Shown here in pieces: positions 55,305-64,000 of a stretch of 64,000 nt of DNA. Position 1 is the stretch's first letter; every line of letters starts with the position of its first letter. Both the position numbers and the translations under genes were made by a program. The notes beneath the pieces were generated by a model, which saw only the letters and a list, made by a program, of their open reading frames with translations, made no database searches and was not told the origin of the DNA. Location: contig JAQFVV010000001.1 in the NCBI GenBank assembly GCA_028023455.1, forward strand, positions 27,218,001 through 27,282,000, in the 5' to 3' direction. Origin of the DNA: Epiperipatus broadwayi (Eukaryota > Animalia > Onychophora).

Positions 55305-56790
55305 ATTTATATAAAATATGCATAAGTCACCATTGGCCTCTTAATGTACATATAATTTGATTGACATTTATATAGTAGCTGGTAAATCACATGAAATTTG
55401 GGTATTCGTTGATGAGCCCTATATCCCACTGGATGGCGCTGTTTTCGTGCTAAAACACATAAAAATGCTGTTTTTGCGGCCGACATGTTCGAACCTGCAT
55501 TTTCTATTATACAACTTTTTTGTTGTGCTACAGATTGCAGGCCGCTATGTCGCGTCGCAGTACAGCATGTATGTTTTACGCAGCAAATACATTTTCCGAA
55601 TATCGCACAGTTTATAAAATGGTTACGGCTTGGGGAGAGGGTGTGTTTTTTTGAATTGGATGGAAATGTTGTTTTCATTTGATTTTTTTTTATTTTAAAG
55701 TATTGAAATGTTCTGATTTTGTAAAGTAATAATTAACAGACTTTTTATACCGTAGTGTATTGAAGTTTTAAGTAGTAAATGTTGACGAGATATATGTATA
55801 AAGTGAGTTGGAAGTAGGTAACGAGTCAAGTAACGTACTGTTCGTAACATTCCACGAGACAAAGAAGATTGTACCGTCTGTATATTTTTGAAATAAAAAA
55901 GAGCGTTAACACAAAAATATCCAGTAAGAAAAGTACAATTATACATTGTTTTTTTAAATGTCATAAAAAGCATATATTATAAACATTTTATATATATATT
56001 TGTCGTTTAAAAAAGTTTTAGTTTGTTTTCTCCAACTACTGTTATAATTTGTTGAATATAGTTTACGTTTTTTGTTATCATTTATTTTATAGATGTTAGT
56101 AAAAAAATATTTACAAAAATACGATTTTGATATTTTTTATTTTAGCATTACAAACAACAGAACAATAACCCTAAAACTAACCCTAAAATTAACCCTAATT
56201 CTAACCCTAAAACTAACCCTAAAGCTAACCCTAAAACTAACCCTAATCCTAACCCTAAAACTAGCCCTAAACCTAACCGTAACAAGTTTTACTTTTAGTT
56301 GTCATTCTATTTGAAATAAAAACTAGCGGTAAACAACAACAACAAAAAAAAGCGTAACCCCAGTAAAAAAATCTCCGATAGAAAATTGATTTTTCTAATA
56401 AAAAGCAAACTAAAAAAGACGAATCAAATTGTAGTTTATTTTATTTTACATTTATTATTATCATTTGATTTGTATACGTTAATAAAAAATAATATTTAAA
56501 ATTAAATAATATTAAAAAAAGACGATTTTCTTTTGTTTTTATTTTCGCATTACAAAAAACACATCAAAATGATTATAATTAACAGCCCGGGAATGATCAT
56601 ATTTTATAGTTTAAGTGTGAAAACTGCACCATCGAGTGGGATATAGTAGCTATTCGACGACAAACGAAATTTGTTTATAACTTAGAAAATGACAACTTTA
56701 ATTATTCTATTTTATAATGGCTAGCTCATATGCCAATAATTTATAAAGAAACTGATGAACAGTTGCCAATAATTTATAAAGATTCTGATG
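55305..56790. mobile_element. Non-autonomous TIR element nested in C2, containing telomere-like repeats
   Basis: Core IR ctatatcccactggatggcgctgttttc (55419) / gaaaactgcaccatcgagtgggatatag (56619-56646). Weaker pairing extends ~100 bp outward. Internal direct repeats at ~56113 and ~56518. TSD not resolved. Confidence 0.7.
56166..56283. repeat. ~10 x 12-bp (TAACCCTAAAAC) telomere-like tandem repeat
   Basis: Directly visible. It produces the LTLK-repeat ORF 56093-56314. Confidence 0.9.
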
Positions 56791-56969
56791 AACAATTGAT
56801 TTAGTGCTATGAGGAAATATATTTGTGAGATACCAATCCACCACCAGAAAGAACAAACTATACCACTTGACTGACTATTTAGGATGATAATTTTATGACA
56901 AAAATATACTTTAAAGATATAAGTAAATTATTCTCAGTTTATACTGAGTGAGATACAATTGTGGGATAG

Positions 56970-57476
56970 CTTGTTAACACATATATAATAGCATCGCAAA
57001 AAGACATGCATATGAAAATATTAATAAATATAATAAATAGATGGTTTATGGACATTCATAGGTTTGAGTTATGGCGAGAACTTTAAGAGAGCGGTGTATG
57101 CATAGTGGCAGAATTAGATGATCCAATCTCGGATCTGAAAAATGTGCTTCCAAATTTAAGGACGAAGAATGATGGCCGAATTCCTTCTGCTACTTTGGCA
57201 GGTTTGATTTACAGAACGAAGGTGTCGGCAAATAACAATAGGCCAGGTATTTCCTGGAGGGACCCTATGTCAATAGCTCATACGACAAAATAAGTCCCAT
57301 GGGAGGTTTGCCAGCCATGTTCTTGGACTTGGAATGAATATACGGGATTCGGATTACTGAAAATCCCGGGGAATGAAGTACGAAGACACACATAAGTGTA
57401 TTTGAACGTGGAGGCCTGTTTGCATACAACACTTGGAATGAAAAATAATATTTTAACACTAAGGATGAATGATTGA
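56970..57476 (+). pseudogene. Degraded sense ORF within C2, unknown protein
   Basis: 169 codons in one frame with three internal TAA, containing the 57105 ORF. The frame continues upstream to 56730 with further stops. Confidence 0.55.
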
Positions 57477-60400
57477 TAACCTATATATATTGGGAATGTC
57501 CAATGTAATAGTATGATTTAAATACTAAACAGTAATGGATTATGTAAACTTATTACTAAAATATATAATCATTAGAATAGAGACTCCCCTTCCCCATTAC
57601 TTTCATTTATCTATAAACTTCCCACAACGTTAAATAAATATGAGAATTCGGTCATAAGTGTTTTTATTAGAATAAACATAATTATACATATACAAATGGG
57701 GTGGTGGTTTCTAATTTGAGAATAAACATTTAATTTCATAAAGTTTTAAATAAAAAAAAACATTTCTTAGAAAAACAGATTTTCTACTGTTTTTCTACAT
57801 TGACATTATAAGATAATTAATTTGTTTTCCCCAAATTCGCAAGTGTTCGCTATGATAAAAATAACAAGACTTGTTTTATTATATTAAAGTTAATTTAGTC
57901 ACCCCATAAAGTGGAGAGGGGGAAAATAAAAGAAAATGACATACTAGCGAATTTGAGGGATTATTGGCATATTTAAGTATATAAAACACAATAATGAAAA
58001 TTATAAAATATTATTGCTGCATGAAGATGAAAGAAATATTACATTTATTTAATAGAGGCTCAATGATAAAAAGAAATTCAAGAATTATATAGAGTTATAT
58101 ATAAGCCAGTGGTAAGTTAATTACAAATCATTTTAACAAAATATTAAATTTTTGGTTGAAGGACCAACTAATAGAATGATATTTAAAATTATATATAGAA
58201 TTATTAGAAATAATTATGGAAGGCTGAATTAAGAGTTTAGACATTAGGCAGCAGCTGGAGTTCTTTTACCTTTATAAAATTAGTGGCGATCTTTGATGAT
58301 TCATTGTCCATTGGGATTGGTGAACTAGATCTAGTTAGATTTGATCAATCAGGCAGGTAGCATTTAATTATTCAGTCTTTAAGCATATTAAAGTTCATGG
58401 GTAACAGGATCCTGAGCGATGATTGCGGGAAAGAACATGTTTGAACAGAGAGAAAGGTAAAAATTTCCACTACTCACTATACATTGAATTATTGTCATGA
58501 CAAGCATGGATTATCTCTACCATTGCTGTTTAAATATTATGAGTCTCCTCTCTGAATTCAAATCTAGCAGTATTTATACTATTTTTCAATTGATATTGGA
58601 ATGCATTTAGCTGCTAGACCTGAGGCTCTTTATCCACTTAGCAGATCTGGAATTTGCTGACTGGATGCATCTTTTGTTTAAGTAAGTTTTAAAGACAATG
58701 CAATCCTATTAAAATTTCTCGAACTGATTGTTTTAAAATATGATCTATAATTTTAAAACAAATTTGAAGTGGATAAAATTTTCACTAATGAATTCTTACA
58801 TTATTCTATAAAATTATCATAAGTTTTAGATGGACTAATTGGGTTTCCGGTAAATTGTCTTAATTACATTCAAGAATATTCTTACAAGGATTGCGTCATC
58901 TTTTCTTCTTCTAACTGCCATGATTGAAAAATAACAAATTATACATATAATTTTTAAAATATACATTAATATAATACATTTTTCCTTTATATAGGTTTTA
59001 AAATTAATCTCCCCTCACCTATAATATGTACATATCCATTACGCACATATATGAATTAAAATAAAATCAAATATTTTTTTATTAAAATTAGTTACATAAA
59101 GATATCTATATGTATTATGTCAGTTATTATTTTATTAGTTAAGCAAAAAAAAATGTTTTAATAAATACGTATATATGCGTAAGGATGGAGTTTAAATATG
59201 GTTTGGTGGTGAGAGATTCTGAGTGGACTGTGAAGCTTGATCTGAGTATCAGGTCAACTGCTTCAATACATGGACTTGGTTAAATAGCTAGAGAAATAAA
59301 GTACTACTATAGAATATAGTAGGTGAAAGAGGATGATTGATAGATCTGACTGTTTCAATATTTTATATATATGTGTCTTTTTAATTATTAATTATTATAA
59401 TCTAATTAAAGTTATTTTAATTAGTGTAAAATTTATGCATTCAAATTATATATTTTTTAATTTTTTTATATTTTAAATTAGCTATCTTCTATTAGCTTCA
59501 CTTTCCAACTTCCAAAAAGTTAAAAATTTAAATTATTTCTATTCTATAATGTAACTTCCTCTATATTTATATTTATAACTAACTTTTTTTACTTATTTAA
59601 TTTTTAAAATTTTATTCTTTATTTCATTATATTAATGAAGTTTTTTATTTAAACTTTTATTAATTTTTAAATTAATGTATTTTTAATTTTTTTTTTTTAT
59701 TACTAATGTAGTAAAATATTTTTATATTATCTTTTCCAAACTTATGCCTTGTTTTTATGAATGCAAACAGGATATAAATTTGAAAAAGATAGTGTAAGAA
59801 TGATTTACTATCCTAGCAATAAAAAGAGAAAAAAAAAAAAATTAAAGAAGTTATATTAATTAAAAAAATTAATCCAATTTTAAATAAAGATTTAGATATA
59901 AAAACTTCATGAGGAGAGAAACCATGATAAGAGAAAAATTAAGGAAGTACTTTTTATAAATATAAATAAGATGTCTATAATTAATCAACAATTTGCTAAC
60001 ATTAAAATTTGGGAATCTTGAGATATGACTTAATAACATTTACTTTTGCTAGATACCGAAAATATTTCTGTAATTTGTTGCTTTGTAGTTTTATAAATAT
60101 ATTATCACTGTTATAATTCATTATTTTTTATTACAATATTTATTCCATCATATGCATTTTATTTTATTTAATATAAGAAAAAAGAAAATTAAAAAAGCAG
60201 ATAATTAAAAGACAAGGATGTTATAATAGAGTAGAAATAATGGAAAATTTAAAAATTCTTGATAGTCAGGAAATGAAGCTAATAGAAGCAAGGTAATTTA
60301 AAACACAAATAAATAAAAAATTAAGAAATATATGATTTATGTACATAAATTTTAAATTAAATGAAAAATAGTATGAATTAAATTACAATAATTAATAATT

Positions 60401-61029
60401 AAAAAGTAAATAAATATAAAATTAGGCATTAAATATAAAAGTGTATATAAAGATTTAAGACAAAACAATAGTAAAACAATAAAATTTCAATTTAAGATTA
60501 ATATAATTATAAAGATATATGTAATATATGTAATTAAATAATTTAGTGATTTATATATATGTAAATCTTGAGGAAGGAAATTAATCTTCACACATGCGCT
60601 ATGGGATTGACATATTAAATTTATATCTACTCATCTGTCAATAAGTGTTTTAACAGCACAAGTGAATCATTTAGCTTAGAGCTTGTTCTTACATAATGTG
60701 ATACCTATTGACCATACATAAATCAGGACTTGATCTTATTATGAGCCTGATATTTTAATTGATAAAATATTTGTACAAATTTAATGTATATATCTGGAAA
60801 AAGAAAGTTTCTCATTTTTAACTACTTATGACTTTTGAATTATAATAGTCTGAACATATGTGAATAAATAATTTAGCTATATATATAAATCTTGGGGAAG
60901 GAAATGAATCTTAACAGATAGACTAAATTTACATGCCAGTTGTAATTAAAATATAAATAATGTTTAGATGTAATTATAGGAGACTGCTGTGCAGTTGAAA
61001 TTAAGTAAAGAAAAAATTATTTATAGAAA

Positions 61030-62850
61030 GTGTTTGCATTTAATAAAATGTAAATGAGTACCATTATAGCATGTTCTCTATGCTCACTTTTCATTGTGGT
61101 TTCTGCTTTTATAGATTATGTGGAGTTACCAAAGTCACACTGAAATATTAATTGATAAATTAAACACTTGCTGTTTACTTTTAAGAAAATAAATTGAACA
61201 TTGATTCTATGTTTGGTATATATATTGTTTTTTTAATTTACTTTCAATGTCTTTACTTTTGTAAAAAATACTAAATTGCATACTTTTTATTTTTCTTTCA
61301 AAATGGACAAAAAAATAAGCTCAACCTAAATGTCGAGTTTCATAAAAAAAAAAAAAAATTGTTAAAAGAAAAGTTAATTTAAATGTCGACTTTTACAAAA
61401 ATAAAATTAGAGCATAACTTGTAAAAAAGTTGCATAAGTTAATGAATAAATTGTATAATACAAAGTTGAGGTTACAAGGGTTTTTTTTTTTTTTTAAAAA
61501 ATTGAAACAATAACAAATAATAGATATACATTTTTTTTTTTTATAATCAATGCTTTTATTTACTTTGCACTAAAAAAAATAATTGTTTCTTCAATCATAA
61601 TAGGGTTTTTTTATATTTAATTTGAAATAAAAGTGTGGGCAGTCCAGGAATTAACTAGGTTTTAATCCCTTGCTATAAAAAATTAGGGATTAAATTAATT
61701 TCTGGATTCCCCCACATTTTTATTTCAAGTTAAATATAGAAACCCTTATTATAGTTGAAGAAACAATTATTATTTTTTTTTAGTGCAAAGTAAATAACCC
61801 ATTGATTAGAAAATACTTTTTTATATCTATTATTATTTAATTTTTTACATTCAGAATGTAATGAAAAAATTTTTATTTCAATTTTAAATGATTCTAAAAT
61901 ACTTTTAAGGTTGAGCATAAAATCATAAATATTAAATCAACTTTTTTTACAATATAGTTTTGTTTACTCATTCACTAAGAAATGTATCAATTTTGAACAA
62001 ATTATATTGTTTACTAATATTTAAACATCGATTTTAAAATTTTATTCTAACTTTAGTAAAAGCATTAAATTGAAACAAATCATCTCATGAAATTATATAT
62101 ATATACCACCCTCTTATGAGCACCACTGAAACTTTTTTAACGACTTAAATAAAAGCATTTAATGATAAAAAAGAAAAAGGAAATCTTTTTTGTTTAACTG
62201 TGATAAATGGCATAAATGTCCTGAAGATAGACTAAAAAGAGTTCTGATTTACTGCTGGTTTGCCACAACATTTTTCAGCACATGTGATCCTGATGACTCT
62301 GTAATTGTTTGGAAATGGACCTCTCATCATCCTCAGAATTTTGACTTTATTTGTAAACCATGAATATTTAATGATTTGCCTGTGAATTCTAATCACTGAA
62401 TTGACATAATGCAATGATTGTTCATTGTCAAATATCAGAATCTCTGGTTTTGATGTTGCTGCAGGCCAGCCATTCTCCAGAGTGGAATACAGGGTCAGAT
62501 GCATATTCTCTCTCACCGATGAAAATCGAGTAGGCCTGATTTGGCATGGTACAGAGAATCAACAGCAATTGGATCCTCTTTTTAAGCCAAACACACAGAT
62601 TCTTTCTACTCAAAGCCAGTAATTTCTTTGGTTCACAGCATGGACAGCTGGATCCTGTAGCATGCATTTATTTTCAGATTATTTTACAAAAATCAGATGA
62701 TTTATTCACTTTGTGAAAGAAATATGGGGAAGTGTTCAATTTTTTGTTTAGTATTTTCAATATGCTTCAATGGCTATACATTGTCTCTAAAAGCAGTAAC
62801 TAATGAAAAGTGAGCATAGAGCACATAATGTTTCATTACCGTGTAAACAA
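61030..62850. mobile_element. Element with ~100-140-bp inverted repeats enclosing a Gypsy pol fragment
   Basis: tctatgctcacttttcatt (61077) versus aatgaaaagtgagcataga (62802-62820), with flanking similarity on both sides. Confidence 0.65.
62232..62670 (-). mobile_element. Gypsy pol fragment (RNase H-integrase junction / zinc-binding region)
   Basis: AVDSL; LYSTLENGWP..PEI..F.NE.SL; KVKILRMMRGPF..CAEKCCGKPAVNQ (degenerate NGWP...LHxGH...WPxIN). Confidence 0.6.
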
Positions 62851-63175
62851 AAGGAGTTATTACTCAATTTGGTATATGGATATTTCAAATGTACATATAT
62901 GACTAGTGAAGAAATTTTATGTGTACAAACATAGAACCATATGTTCTTATATATATAAAATTTGTATGCTCTATATAAATATGTTTGAAGTGTGAATTTT
63001 TAGATTTTGCATATTTATATATACATGTATTTATATGTATAGATGGACATGTATAAATAAGTGTGCATATATATATATATAAATGTTTAGTTCATAAATA
63101 CATGTTTTTTATATATAAATGACAGTTTCTATGTTTATATATATTTCATATATATAGATTGCTGCATATATATAT

Positions 63176-64000
63176 TGTAACAGTCAGTACGTGTGATTCG
63201 TTAACATAGTACAGAATTCAACCACCATACAGAACTGCAGCACCATCTAGGTAGCGAAGCCACCCGTAGTACTAAGTTCGAACATAGTTTATCGGTTCCA
63301 CAATACAATCTACGAAACAACGCATCTGATGCAACATTAGTAAACATATCTTTAGGCACGGTGGTCAGGGATGTTGCAAGAGATTCATGATTTTATTTTC
63401 GAGTTAGCCAATAATAACACTAATATTAAACATTTATATTTAAAGAATCGAGGAAACATATTGACTGGGTATCGAATAAATAAATAAAGAAATAACGGCA
63501 GACGTATAGTTTGACATTATTTATTGAAACATTTTAATAAATTATTTACTAATAATATTTGATAATATTTAAATTGAGTAACGGAATTTTCCGATACTGT
63601 TATATATTCAAGAAATACATTTATTGATTTAGAAACATTTATATGAAATCATTTTATCAATAATACTTTATATTTAAGATCTCAGTAGCGGTATTTTCCG
63701 ATAGTGTTATGTTTACAAAGAGAGATACATTTATTTGATGACGTAATCTAGCTACCTAAAATTCTCGAGCAAGTATTTCTAAGGCATGCCTTTAGGGATT
63801 TATACCTTTGCAATGCAAGAGTCTAAAGTAAGATTTATAAGAGTAGCGGCGGACATATATTTATTTAATTAAAGATATTTACTAATAACTAGGGGCAAAC
63901 ATTTATTTGAGAGTGAATTATGTCACTAATGCAGGGACAGAGTTATACATAGAATAATAAAGTTAATAAAAGAAACACGTGGTATTTCTAGAAAGACGAT
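63176..64000 (-). mobile_element. End of another C-family element (C4), running off the window
   Basis: ATAT|tgtaacagtcag. The reverse complement (tggtggttgaattctg...ctgactgttaca) resembles the C2 3' end. CpG-rich, with repeated modules. Confidence 0.55.

Larger units (their letters stand above)
54883..59357 (+). mobile_element. TG...CA element with ATAT TSD, copy C2 (about 3 kb once the nested MITE is removed)
   Basis: ATAT|tgtaccagt ... ctgactgtttca|ATAT. The first ~150 nt align with C1 (aacaagat.tag.atcta.gcaaaagtacc.caa.tccaatcatgc), and the 3' end also aligns with C1. Confidence 0.8.

Noticed and set aside
55307-55973. Cluster of overlapping 65-123-aa ORFs
   Set aside because: They lie on both strands within a GC-richer MITE arm and interior, with no domain similarity; expected by chance.
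56166-56283. Telomere or chromosome-fusion site
   Set aside because: The unit is a 12-bp variant, the array is short, and it lies inside a TIR element.
56093-56314. ORF with LTLK repeats
   Set aside because: Translation artefact of a 12-bp tandem repeat.
41978-57476. TAA-only internal stops in two long frames, suggesting TAA=Gln recoding
   Set aside because: Other relics in the window (Gypsy, LINE, upstream part of the C2 frame) contain TAG and TGA stops too. TAA is the most likely nonsense outcome in AT-biased decay, and the host exon uses CAA/CAG for Gln. Codon usage in conserved genes would settle it.
62232-64000. Gypsy pol fragment plus the 63176 end as one full-length minus-strand element
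   Set aside because: No TGG primer-binding site follows the 63176 terminus (ATAT microsatellite instead), and the pol piece sits within separate inverted repeats.
1-64000. CRISPR array, rRNA or prokaryotic systems; most other ORF-track entries
   Set aside because: No repeat-spacer periodicity and no rRNA motifs. The remaining 60-90-aa ORFs are AT-rich chance frames or antisense to TE relics.

Overview
This is very AT-rich eukaryotic (animal-like) genomic DNA, mostly old, frameshifted transposon debris. I see no prokaryotic operons, rRNA, CRISPR arrays or intact long ORFs. Recognisable pieces: a Penelope-like retroelement with an inverted partial copy and a relic hammerhead ribozyme (5.1-8.8 kb); four LINE RT remnants (three RTE-like); three decayed Ty3/Gypsy elements, two with both LTRs traceable; two tRNA-derived SINEs; several TA-flanked MITE/foldback elements; and one convincing host coding exon (C-x2-C-x14-C-x2-C zinc ribbon, 28449-28646, minus strand) behind a CCAAT/YY1-type promoter. 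The most interesting signal is a family of ~3-kb, CpG-retaining elements. They have TG...CA ends, ~10-bp imperfect terminal inverted repeats and 4-bp ATAY target duplications (39747-42883 and 54883-59357; single ends at 51940 and 63176). They carry degraded ORFs of unrecognised type and no visible RT or integrase, so they may be very large solo LTRs or an unclassified non-autonomous element class. All coordinates and similarities were read by eye, and boundaries of decayed elements are approximate.
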